Part shown: in pieces, positions 17,699 to 28,600 of the stretch
Position numbering within the stretch: the stretch's first letter is position 1
How the letters are laid out: every line of letters starts with the position of its first letter
IMG/VR virus record: IMGVR_UViG_3300027798_000092
Span: 1-41,060 of that record
Source: a virus
Lineage: Duplodnaviria > Caudoviricetes
Length of the DNA stretch: 41,060 bases
Reading direction: 5' to 3' (one strand)
Notes under the pieces: model-generated
The model's database searches: none
The model's input: the letters and a program-made list of their open reading frames with translations, nothing else
What the model was told of the DNA's origin: nothing
Program-made: the position numbers and the translations under genes

Positions 17699-20653
17699 TT
17701 ATAAACAGCTTGTTGTTAAATTAACTATAATGTTTATGTCAGTAGACAATGGCGCATTTTCAAAGAAGGTTACATTATTTGATTCTAATATGTAATAAAG
17801 TGTATCATTTTCTAAAGTATAAGTAGCGAGAATACCCTCATCAAACAATTGAGTTTGTATGTCAGTAAATCCTTCAATTACAATATCATACCATTGTTGA
17901 TTTGTTAAAGTCGGTCCGTTAAAATTAACTTGAGGGTCTCCTTGATAAACAAAATTAACACCATTTATGATAAATGAAAAACCAAAATAAACTGAAACAG
18001 TACTTAAGTTAGGATTACATTCATTATCCGTAATCCAATCTTGTAATGTAATATTATAAGCGTCAATAACAGCATCTTGGTCAACAAATAAAATTGGATA
18101 AGTTATGGATGGCGCCCCTACAGTCCCCTCAATAGTACCATTACTAATAGGACCTACAGTATTCTCAGAACCTATTTGACACATTCTTTGTCTTCTATAA
18201 ACAAACTTTTGTCTATGAAAAATAGAATTTTCAAATTTAGTTCCAGTATTCCAAATAGTCGTAGCAGGTATAAATTGTTCAACCAATCTTATCCATGAAT
18301 CACCCAACCCATTAATATATTCAATCATATTTTGATAATTGAAATTATTATTTTCTATACCAACATCTTGGTACATAGTAAGATATTTCCAAAATAAAGA
18401 TTGTAATGTAGGATATCCACTTGTCTTACCGTCAGAGGAGAATTGTCTGTTTCTCACATTAATCATGTTACTCCAAAAAGTTTTATAAAACTCAAAGAAG
18501 GTTTCGTATTGTGGTTGTGGATTTATAAATGTCCAATCTATCCCACCAACTTGTGGATATGGATTAGACAACCCTGAAGATGGTATTGGGTAATTTTGTG
18601 TGTTTGATAGATACCAAACATCATAAACCAACGCTTGAGCAGGATTTAAAAATAAATCAACGTTCTTAACATTCAATACTAACCTATCATCACTAACTGT
18701 ATAATAAGCATCAAATAAATTATCAATATTTTTTCTTAATGGTGGTTGTAAATCACTCCAACTCTTTTTATTATCATTAACTTTTTTAAGTGAAAATCCA
18801 TAATTTAAGAAAGGAAAATCTCTAAATGTTTCTAAATATTTTTGACCATATGTAAATGGTTCTAATTGTGTTTGAACATTTAAGTTTTGTCCAGTAAATG
18901 AATTAGTAGTTATAATTAATTCTTCAGGAGACCTATGTTCAGGTGTTTGTTCAAACCATCCTTCTCCCTTTTGGAAAAACATGTTCTCCGTATTTACTCT
19001 TGGACTTGGGTACCCTTCACTATCAATAGGATAATCATCAATCGTAGTTGTTACAGTTTCGATTGTTGTTGTTGAGGTATAAGCGGTAAATGGATTACCT
19101 TGGAAACTATATATATTTAAAGGGTCTAATGACGGTGTTTCAGGTATGAATACCCCACCTGAGATTTGTTGGAATAATTCATCAAATCTTTCAATATTAA
19201 TAGGACTATCTGCAACATAAACATTTTCATTAAACTCTATTAACGCCTCGGGAGCTCCAATATAATTCATCAAAAAATCAATCGCCTTTCTTGTACCTTT
19301 TGACTTATACAAATAAGCGGAATTTAAAATTAAATTTCTATAAAATTGACTGTTTAAATCATCAATAGTTTGACTTGTTGAATATCCAGGGAAAGCATTT
19401 TCAGTTGTCCCATAAACGGAAGTAAGATAATCAACATTTGTAATTGGTGATATGTTTGTAGACCATCCTAAAGTTTCCGCCAAATTTGGTAACAACTTAG
19501 ATGGTATATCATTACCAACATTATAATTCACAGAAGTCATGAATGAAAGTGCGTCTATGTATTTTTTACTTTCGTCAAAACTTCTTCCATATATTCTTAA
19601 AGTTTTTTCGACTTTTTTATCAGGTGTATCAAATTCCTGAAAAGCGTCTGTCACATAAAATCTTGATAATAAATCAGTTTGTTGACTATCAAACTCATTA
19701 CCTATCTCATTTAAATTTTCAATATAAGATGAGAAATTTTCAGTTCTAATATCTAAGTTCCAAGACCCGTCTAAGGGCCAAGTAACATTTTGATATCTTG
19801 TAAAAATATTACCATTATCCGCCTCAGTTGGTATTTGAAACTGAGCGGTATAGATTGGAGTGACATACCTATATAAAAGAAATTCATCAACCTCATCTAA
19901 ATTAAGATTAAAAACTTCATTAACAATAACATCATTTGGTCTAATAACTATTGTATCAACTGACGTTGAGTTACCTGAAAAAGGATTTCCATCAACCTGT
20001 ATTGTTAATGTACCGGCAGTTAAACTTTGTGATGGAAATAAATAAGATAAAGGATATTGTCCTCCATTTACTATTAAAACATATGCCGGATACGTTTCTT
20101 TAAGATTTCTATATTGTGAAATTGAAAATTCTAAACTATTAATATCACTAGTCGCATTTACAGTAAAATTTATCCCAAAAGGATTTCTTATCGCAGTTAT
20201 ATCTAAATCTAACTCTGTAACATTTTCGTTTGAATAAAACGTTATGTTTTGAGCAGTATTACCTGTGGTATAACCTTCTCTCAAATTAATTATTTCTAAA
20301 GCTGCCGGAAAATAATTAATAATATTAATTATTGACGATTCAAATCTTTTTGTTAAAGAACCATAGGCAGTAAAATTAGTAATTTTCGTACTATCAAAAT
20401 TTGGAGTTACTTTAAAATTGTTTTGGAAAATTTGAAATGATTTTCCTAAATCAATACCTAAGTCATTTAACGATATAGGAGTTGAGAATGTACCAATATC
20501 AAAACTTCGATTAACTTTTTCAACAACCGTTGTAGTAAAATCAAAATTTGCATTAGTTAATCCACCACCTTGCACAAGTTGTAACCCGACAATATTATCG
20601 GAAAATGTACTAGCCCCTGTAGGTCCTTGTGGTGGACATTTATATTTTACCAT
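17699..20653 (-). CDS. Baseplate wedge protein, P2 gpI/T4 gp7-like core with extensions
   Basis: LLPNLAETLGW and YLYKSKGTRKAIDFLMNYIG motifs; located in the baseplate cluster. Confidence 0.7.
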   Translation of the reverse strand: MVKYKCPPQGPTGASTFSDNIVGLQLVQGGGLTNANFDFTTTVVEKVNRSFDIGTFSTPISLNDLGIDLGKSFQIFQNNFKVTPNFDSTKITNFTAYGSLTKRFESSIINIINYFPAALEIINLREGYTTGNTAQNITFYSNENVTELDLDITAIRNPFGINFTVNATSDINSLEFSISQYRNLKETYPAYVLIVNGGQYPLSYLFPSQSLTAGTLTIQVDGNPFSGNSTSVDTIVIRPNDVIVNEVFNLNLDEVDEFLLYRYVTPIYTAQFQIPTEADNGNIFTRYQNVTWPLDGSWNLDIRTENFSSYIENLNEIGNEFDSQQTDLLSRFYVTDAFQEFDTPDKKVEKTLRIYGRSFDESKKYIDALSFMTSVNYNVGNDIPSKLLPNLAETLGWSTNISPITNVDYLTSVYGTTENAFPGYSTSQTIDDLNSQFYRNLILNSAYLYKSKGTRKAIDFLMNYIGAPEALIEFNENVYVADSPINIERFDELFQQISGGVFIPETPSLDPLNIYSFQGNPFTAYTSTTTIETVTTTIDDYPIDSEGYPSPRVNTENMFFQKGEGWFEQTPEHRSPEELIITTNSFTGQNLNVQTQLEPFTYGQKYLETFRDFPFLNYGFSLKKVNDNKKSWSDLQPPLRKNIDNLFDAYYTVSDDRLVLNVKNVDLFLNPAQALVYDVWYLSNTQNYPIPSSGLSNPYPQVGGIDWTFINPQPQYETFFEFYKTFWSNMINVRNRQFSSDGKTSGYPTLQSLFWKYLTMYQDVGIENNNFNYQNMIEYINGLGDSWIRLVEQFIPATTIWNTGTKFENSIFHRQKFVYRRQRMCQIGSENTVGPISNGTIEGTVGAPSITYPILFVDQDAVIDAYNITLQDWITDNECNPNLSTVSVYFGFSFIINGVNFVYQGDPQVNFNGPTLTNQQWYDIVIEGFTDIQTQLFDEGILATYTLENDTLYYILESNNVTFFENAPLSTDINIIVNLTTSCL

Positions 20654-21558
20654 TAAACAATAATAGTTTCAAAGTTTTTAGTGAAATCGATATTATCCCC
20701 TCTGTCTTGTCTAACTTCATATAACAAGTCGTTTAATTGGTCTCTAATTTCGTATAAGTTATATTGTTTGTATATGTTATTAGAAGTATCATAGATAGTA
20801 TAAATTCCATCATCAATAGACTTAGTTTGATTACCATAAAGAGCAATCGCCAATGTTGATATATCATGTTCAACAATCTCAACTTCCAAAGATATTGGAT
20901 TAAAGAATGTATTTGTAATTACAATATTTTGATTTGGTTGCCCTATATTAGGTATTGCGTTTGGTCTATTTGTCGGTGCCGATGAAGGTGATAAAGTACA
21001 AAATACTAAATTAGATGACCCTTGAGAATATATGTATCTAATAGATTTGTCTTGTGTGTTTGTTAAGTTTTGAGTAACAGGTTCACAATAAAAATTAGAA
21101 GTAATAATTCTGTAAAAATTAGGGATTTTTGTATTATCTGTCGGGTCGTAGTATTCAACTCTAAAGCCAGTTAATCCTTGATTTGCAAAGTTTGTTAGTT
21201 GACCTGATGGTACATTTGATAAATCAATCACTATCCCTTTCACATTAGGTAATGAACTTAAAACCCCACAATCAGTAATTACAGTATTAATTTGAGCAGG
21301 TCTTAAAATTAATGTATAAATCCCTAAATTATTAAATTGATTGGCAGGTAAACTTAAATTATATAAACCACCTAATATTTGGTTTGCGTCACCACCCGTA
21401 TTCGTATTATTAAAATATGGTGTAAGATTAGAGTTTGGTATCGTGAAAAGAGTGAAATTTTCAGTCTGGTCGCGCGATGCCGTATAATGAACTATTATTT
21501 CAACATCTGCGGGACTTACATCCGCTAGTCTTATTGTTCCGTAATTACCTGTTGCCAC
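20653..21558 (-). CDS. Putative virion structural protein
   Basis: GTG start, TATTTAT motif upstream, within the baseplate cluster. Confidence 0.7.
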   Translation of the reverse strand: MATGNYGTIRLADVSPADVEIIVHYTASRDQTENFTLFTIPNSNLTPYFNNTNTGGDANQILGGLYNLSLPANQFNNLGIYTLILRPAQINTVITDCGVLSSLPNVKGIVIDLSNVPSGQLTNFANQGLTGFRVEYYDPTDNTKIPNFYRIITSNFYCEPVTQNLTNTQDKSIRYIYSQGSSNLVFCTLSPSSAPTNRPNAIPNIGQPNQNIVITNTFFNPISLEVEIVEHDISTLAIALYGNQTKSIDDGIYTIYDTSNNIYKQYNLYEIRDQLNDLLYEVRQDRGDNIDFTKNFETIIV

Positions 21559-21609
21559 AAATTTTTATTTATGTATGTTTATTTTTATAAATAGTAATAA
21601 TGATTTTTT

Positions 21610-22704
21610 TTAACTCTTAACAACGTTGAAAAAACCATATCCATATCTAACTAACGCTGATGCAGTATTAACTTCACCAATCCTCCTAAAATTTTCTAAC
21701 CCACTATTAACCCCTCTCTCAATCAAAACAGTCGTTTCAATTTGAAAATCATCGATAACATTCATTAAAACTTCATTTTTAGTTATCGCACTATAGTGTA
21801 ACATTGATTCAGTTAATCCTGAAGAATATGCTACAAACACTGAAGTTCCACCTGAAAAATCTAAATAATCTATATTATTAATTGTATAGGCAGTATATCC
21901 ATTTTGTATATTTGTAACCGTTCCCGTACATCCTGAACAATCAGGTATTGATATGTTAACACCAATTTGATATGGGTTTGAACCATATAACGCCAATTCT
22001 CTTAATCTTGATTGAGTTGACCCCGAAATGACATAAGGTACTGAGACATAGGCAGGTGTCGATTGTTCATATAGGTTAAGGTTAGAGTCACCAGTCCAAG
22101 TAAAGTTATACGATGACGGAGAGGTACTCCAACTACCACCTTGTGAAACAAAAGTAACTGTACCTAAGGGATTTAAAATTTGAACATTTGTAAATGGAAC
22201 TTCTACCGTCTTTTGAACTGTTAGTATACCAAAACTATTAAATTGAGTTAAGGTAATAACAAAATTTTGAGGGTTATTTGAGTTGCATTGCGAGTATACA
22301 TGACTAATGTAATCAGGTGAAAAATTAGTTACAGATTGCACAGGTGTACCATCCCCCCAATCAACTTGGTATGTTGAATCTTGTAAATAATTAATTGTAC
22401 TTTCTGTTGTATTATAAACATAGTACGTACATGGTGAGCCAGTTGTTGCACTAAAAAGAAAATTAACATTAACATTTTGTTGACTAATATCACCATCGAA
22501 GACTGAGTAGTAACCTATATCATGATAATCTTGATTTAATACAATCGGTATTGTTAATCCTGTAAATAATGAAGAACCATTTGTTCCACCACTTATCATT
22601 TGACTAAGACCTGAGTATACACCAAAAGTATTACCATCATAAGTTTCACTAATAATGTCAGTATTTAAAAACTCAGGCGATATTTTTATTCTAATAGTGT
22701 CCAT
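21610..22704 (-). CDS. Structural protein with a PKD-like domain
   Basis: YQVDWGDG...SHVY PKD signature. Confidence 0.7.
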   Translation of the reverse strand: MDTIRIKISPEFLNTDIISETYDGNTFGVYSGLSQMISGGTNGSSLFTGLTIPIVLNQDYHDIGYYSVFDGDISQQNVNVNFLFSATTGSPCTYYVYNTTESTINYLQDSTYQVDWGDGTPVQSVTNFSPDYISHVYSQCNSNNPQNFVITLTQFNSFGILTVQKTVEVPFTNVQILNPLGTVTFVSQGGSWSTSPSSYNFTWTGDSNLNLYEQSTPAYVSVPYVISGSTQSRLRELALYGSNPYQIGVNISIPDCSGCTGTVTNIQNGYTAYTINNIDYLDFSGGTSVFVAYSSGLTESMLHYSAITKNEVLMNVIDDFQIETTVLIERGVNSGLENFRRIGEVNTASALVRYGYGFFNVVKS

Positions 22705-23855
22705 TATCCATTATTCTTTGGTGGGTTTATGTATTCATACCATTCTAATACTGGTAAACTTTCACCTGAACCTATAATATCATATAGATAATTTACGTAA
22801 TCAAAAGTTACTTCACGATAAAAATAATTGTTATCAACTCTGAATGGATTATTTGCGTTAATTAGTGTTTGTTTTATTGTTGTAAAAGTTGTAAACTCAC
22901 CAGTTTTACCATTAAAGAATTTAACTCTCATATAAAGTTTATCCAATTTTAAAATATCAAAGTCTTTAAACCAATAAATAAAATATGATTCTTTTAAACC
23001 TATATGGTCTAAAATAAAAATTGGACTTACCGATTCAATTGCAGTGCTAATTGCCGTAGTATTAACATTAGACACTGTACCGTCAGGATTAAGACAAGCA
23101 CAATCGTCAATATAAGTTAAAGTATAATCCAGTAATGTGTCTTCAAAATAATTAGTTCCAGTGGTAGTGTCTATTTCGTAAACCACATTAGTATTTAATG
23201 TTACTAAAATATCCTCCCCATTTTGCAGACAAAAAGTCGCCAAAAACCATCCGCTATTTGGGTCAATATTTCCTGGCCCAAATTCTATTGATTGGATAGT
23301 ACCACAACAATTTTTATATCTAATTGCCTTTATATTCCTACTTAGAAGTCGATATTTTTTACACTCATATGTCGTTAAGGTATCTGTTACAACAATTTGT
23401 TCGGGTAATCCTTGTGTAGTATTTAAAATAATAGTTAAGTAATTTTTTTGTTTTTTAGCATCCGTAGTATCGTATAAGTCTATTTTAAAAAAAGATTTTT
23501 TAACAGATTTCACATTCCGATATAACTCATCAGCGGTAAATCGATTACCTAAAATATAACTATTTTCCCAAGTTGCGGGTAAATTCAATGGAACTAACGG
23601 ACTTTGAGCGTAATCAGCAAAGAAAAATTTATGAGTCACAGAAGTAATATAACCATCACGGGTTGAGATTCTTTTTCTTGAGAACCTTTCCATCTCAAAA
23701 TTTTGTGGTTTACCAACCATTTCTTCTGCAACAATAGTTTCATATTGGTCTATTAAATCTCCACGATTGAGGAAATCCCAAGTTGTTGAAATTGGTACTT
23801 GTAATACTATACCCTGATTATTATTTAATATTTTATATTTATTCACATCCGTCAA
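22704..23855 (-). CDS. Putative structural protein with a Cys-rich central segment
   Basis: Coupled to its neighbours; YEC, YKNCCG, FCL and DCAC in the middle. Confidence 0.7.
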   Translation of the reverse strand: MTDVNKYKILNNNQGIVLQVPISTTWDFLNRGDLIDQYETIVAEEMVGKPQNFEMERFSRKRISTRDGYITSVTHKFFFADYAQSPLVPLNLPATWENSYILGNRFTADELYRNVKSVKKSFFKIDLYDTTDAKKQKNYLTIILNTTQGLPEQIVVTDTLTTYECKKYRLLSRNIKAIRYKNCCGTIQSIEFGPGNIDPNSGWFLATFCLQNGEDILVTLNTNVVYEIDTTTGTNYFEDTLLDYTLTYIDDCACLNPDGTVSNVNTTAISTAIESVSPIFILDHIGLKESYFIYWFKDFDILKLDKLYMRVKFFNGKTGEFTTFTTIKQTLINANNPFRVDNNYFYREVTFDYVNYLYDIIGSGESLPVLEWYEYINPPKNNG

Positions 23856-25689
23856 TTATTGGGTCGTTTACTGAGGTACTTATACTTAATGAATTTGTAC
23901 CTTCAGGAATTATTTTAAAAAAGAAATTTTCATATAAATAATGTCTACCATTCATAAATGGATAATCCACACCAATATTTAATTCGTCACTAAAACCATA
24001 TGGGTATATGTCTCTCCACCTAAAATTTTGATTAACACTTGAGAAATAAGCATAATTTGGAAAATTCTCAATTCTAAAATTTTGTGGGTTTCCTTCGTCA
24101 CTTAATTCAACATAGGGAGAATAAGCCTTCATAGTTAACTTATGGTGTGGTTTGTAATAATAACCTAATTGATTTGCTCTTGGTCCTATGGAAAAATTAA
24201 TAGAGTTAAACTGGAATTTGTGGTAATAATCAGATATTACTCTTTCAGTTTGGTCAAAATCATTCCATTCACAAAAATCACCAAGTATTGTATCTCCGAC
24301 TTGTAAATCCCTATTATAAAAAAATTTTAAATTGGATGTTAATGGGTCACTACCCTGAGCATCATAATTTACAAAAGGGGTTGCGTTCGTCCAAAAATTT
24401 GTTGGTATTTGTGTTAATGAAACTTGGGATAACCACCAGTTATTTAACTCAGGTCCCAAATTAAATTCCCATCCTTGTTTTAAAGCCGGTTGATTTGGTT
24501 TGCTAGGTTTGTTAAACCATCCAAAATAACCTCGATTAACAACAGTTACAAAAACTTCAGTAATAGGTCTTCTTTGATTATCAATCATTCCTTGGATATC
24601 TAAGTATTCTTGGAAAGAAACATTATAAGATTGACTATCTTCTTTCACCGACACTCTACCCTCATTTCCATAATATGGTGGTTGTAATGACTTAGATTCA
24701 AATTTTCTTGTTGTCCTCAACGCATTAAATTCAAAACCTGAATTAGTTACAACAGCCTGATTATATGGTGTTAAAATTTTATGTATTCTTACATAATATT
24801 TTGATGTTGTTTCACCTGTATTTAGAATATTTGTAATTCTTTTAAATGTACCTTCATTACCATCAAATAAAACACCACATGTATATCCAACATCATATAC
24901 ATTAAAAATTTTCAGTTCAGAATCTAAATAACCATTGCCCAAATTGTAGACTTCAAATGTTGTAATACCATTACAAGACGAACCATTTTGGAAATTTAAT
25001 ACAACATTGTCGCCGACATTTAATCCGTGTGACATTGGACACGTAAATCTAATAACCGGTTTACCCTGATTATCTACAAGTTTACTTATCATAAATGGTA
25101 TTCCATCACCTGCAACCCAAGAAAAAGAGTGGTTTTGATTAATTTGATATTGCATTGTTGAAGCTGTTGTCGAACTAAAAGCATAACTTAAATGAAAATA
25201 CCAATTATAAAAAGTATTTTGGTCAGGTTTAAAATCCACATGTTTATCTACACCTGTAGTCCATCCTGAAATGTTATAATCAGTTCTAATAAACTTAAAT
25301 TCATCGTATTGGGGGTATCCTTCCCAAGCAATCGGTTGTGTACAATTAAAATTTATTTGTGATTGTTTATCAACTAAAGCATTTGAATAATAAAGGTTAT
25401 TATTAAATGGGGGGTAAGGGTACACTTCATTAGAATTCAAAAGTCCAGCGGTACCAACATATGAATTTTTAAAAATCAAATTAAACTTACAAGTTGGTAT
25501 AAATAGAGTTGATTTTTGTCTTTCATTATTAAATAATAATGCAAGATTTAAATCCGTATTTCTTGAGTATTCTTCTAATTCTTTATCAGTTCTTTCTAAG
25601 GGAATTGACAAATTGATGTTTTCATCAGTTGCACCCTTAAATCTCAAGGAACCTTTAATATATTTTATATTACCTAAATCAGACATCAA
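23839..25689 (-). CDS. Putative structural (baseplate-associated) protein
   Basis: 616-aa ORF overlapping both neighbours; aromatic/Asn-rich. Confidence 0.7.
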   Translation of the reverse strand: MMSDLGNIKYIKGSLRFKGATDENINLSIPLERTDKELEEYSRNTDLNLALLFNNERQKSTLFIPTCKFNLIFKNSYVGTAGLLNSNEVYPYPPFNNNLYYSNALVDKQSQINFNCTQPIAWEGYPQYDEFKFIRTDYNISGWTTGVDKHVDFKPDQNTFYNWYFHLSYAFSSTTASTMQYQINQNHSFSWVAGDGIPFMISKLVDNQGKPVIRFTCPMSHGLNVGDNVVLNFQNGSSCNGITTFEVYNLGNGYLDSELKIFNVYDVGYTCGVLFDGNEGTFKRITNILNTGETTSKYYVRIHKILTPYNQAVVTNSGFEFNALRTTRKFESKSLQPPYYGNEGRVSVKEDSQSYNVSFQEYLDIQGMIDNQRRPITEVFVTVVNRGYFGWFNKPSKPNQPALKQGWEFNLGPELNNWWLSQVSLTQIPTNFWTNATPFVNYDAQGSDPLTSNLKFFYNRDLQVGDTILGDFCEWNDFDQTERVISDYYHKFQFNSINFSIGPRANQLGYYYKPHHKLTMKAYSPYVELSDEGNPQNFRIENFPNYAYFSSVNQNFRWRDIYPYGFSDELNIGVDYPFMNGRHYLYENFFFKIIPEGTNSLSISTSVNDPIIDGCE

Positions 25690-28600
25690 TATCAGTATTT
25701 ACATATTTTTTTATGAACACATCCATAGCACTTGAACCTTTAATTAACCCAAAATAAAAATAGAATGGTGCTCCCACTAAAAATTTACTAAACTGACCTT
25801 GTGGTGGGTTTACTGTTGGGTTTCCATTAACATCAAAGTTTATCTGTGTTCCAGGAATTAAACTTGAGTTACCTTGACCATCTTGGAAATAGTTTGAACT
25901 TGGATTTAATCTATCCAATGTTTGATATTTGTGAGAAAAGAAAACTGAATCATCGGTATCATAATTGTTTGATTGATTACCAACAATTGTATTTGTTGAA
26001 TTTAACGACCATTGATAAAATGGAACTTTTTGTGAATTTGTTTTAATATTTGTAAACCAACAATCTAAAATTTGTTGATTAGATGGGAGTGGTACTGTTG
26101 CAGTTTGATTCCAAATTGTTCTTCTAGGCGTTAGATAATCTCTGTCTTGAGTAAATCCAGTCAGTAGTAACCCGAAAACAGGTAGTGTGTTTGATGGACC
26201 AAAATAAACTGATTGATTTGTATAAGATTCAGGTGAAAACTCTTGTATACCAAACTGTGAATTAATCGCAATCATTTGAGAATAGTCACCATCAACATAT
26301 CCAGGTATTGGTGTCGCTCCGTTAATATTCCATCTCGTATTTTTAAATAGAGCACTTACTGTCGGATTAGGGTTTCCTTCATCAGGATTTGATGTTGGGG
26401 GAATTAATTGTTGGTTAAAAGTAGTATTTACCAACCTACTTAAAACAAACAGATTTAAAATATCTGTAATATTTTGAAAAGACGAAGATTTAATTTTAGA
26501 AACAATATACCCATCATAATCATCGTTATAAACTATTTCCTGAATAAATGAAACTTTTGGCCCCAAATCCATAATTGTTATTGGACTTCCTAAAAATTTA
26601 TTATTTCCTGTACTAGTCGCATTTCCTTTTGAATTCTTTTTACCAGTAAAATCTCCACCATCCATATTATTAATATCAAACGAGTATGGACTACTTCTGT
26701 AATAAAAATTATTAGTTGGACTGTGTAAATAAATTAAATCAGTACAATAAACACTTGTTGGTTTATTATTAAGGTCAAAAATTCTTTGGTTTTGGAAAGG
26801 GTAAGCGTATAGTGTTCCGTTAATATATTGATTTGTAAAATTATGAGAAGCAACATTAAAACACAACGCTAAATTTAAATTTACACGTGTAATCCACTCA
26901 ACTAGATTTCTAACATCTTGGTCAATATTTCTTAATGGTCTTGATACAAAATTATAACATCCAAAATTTTGTAAAAAATATTTGTAATCATCAGGTGGGT
27001 CCATATATTCTGATGCACAATTAGGTATTATATATGGTATACCATTAGAATCTACAGCATAACATGATAATGGTACTGCCGCCCTACAATCACTAACACT
27101 ATTAAGGAGACTAGCATATATCGATGGTGTAATAATTTGTGATGACTCATTATTTGATTGGGGGCTAGTATCAACAATAATAGGATTAGATACTTGTCCT
27201 TCTTCACTAACTTTTAAAATTGCAAATTGTGAATTTTGATGTAATAAAAAACTATTTGGGCCAGAGGTTTGTGTTGTTGTAGATGTTGGTAACCTGTCTG
27301 ACCTAAATACAATGTTTAAACGGTTACTTAAACTGTGAGTGTTACCTGTATTATATTGTGTTGAGAAAAATTTAGGGTTTCCGATGAATGGGTCAATATT
27401 ACTATCACCAATACTAGCACCTGAACCATCTGTAAAAATATTATAAAACCCTCCAATAAAATTTTCAGCAGTGTCACCATTATAAGAAAAGTTACTTCTC
27501 ATAAAAGAAGCTCCGTCAACTACCTCATTTCCTTGGTAACCTAAAACATTTCTATTAGTACTACATCTATTATCAACTTGTTGTTTAAATAAAGAGAAAA
27601 TTTCAGGTCCCCCACCATAACTTACAAGTTCTGTCTCAACTGTTTTGAACACTTTAGTCATAGAATTTACATTGTATGACGAAGAGTTTTGATTACAATT
27701 TAAATCAGAAACTATCGAAAGAACACTACCATCAGAAACGGTTAAACCATTTACAATATTTTGTCCAACAATATTTGACCCAGTCCATAAATACCCATTC
27801 CAAAAATTATTAATATTTGTACCTATCCAGTTCAATGTACCATCAGAGTTAAAACTTGTACTATCGACTGAAGAATAGTAAGATGGTAAATTTGTTGTTC
27901 CATTTCCTATAAAATCAGTTTGTGAATATTCAAATGCGTAACTTGGTCTAAATAAATTTGATGATATATTATCTAACACATCATCATGTCTATCAGTTTT
28001 AATAGTACCTGTGATTGGATAATTCATTTTAAAATTACCTTGTATTACATATGTTGGGTCGTCAAAAAATTGGTCGTATGCAAATCCAAAAATTTTAGAT
28101 AAATCAACTTTTTGAGGTATTCTAGGTGAATGAGTGTCAACACCACGGAATAAGAAAACTAAATTATAATCATTATAATCCGTAATATAGTTTGATAAGG
28201 AATTATACCCTTGGTCGATTACACCTATGTTAGGTATTACTCTAACAAACTGAATATTTCTCAAACTTTGATTACCAAGTTTTTGTAGGTATCTAACACC
28301 AAAACTCATCATATTAGAAGATGGATTAGCCAAATTAACATATTGACCAATAGTCATTCCTGTAATAACTTGGAAGTATTCAACATCCGCAGCAAAACTT
28401 GTAGTTGAATCAAAACTAGTTTGAGACGATAAGATAGGTACGTTATAGTATTGTGTTAAATTAGGTACAGGTGAGCCCCCTAACGGAGCGTCAGGGTCAG
28501 CATATTTAACTTCTAATGCCGAAGGGAAAATAGTTGTTCCTGTTGTTACAGTTCTGTTTAAATCACCACTTAATGTAACATCTTGGAACGTAATTAAATC

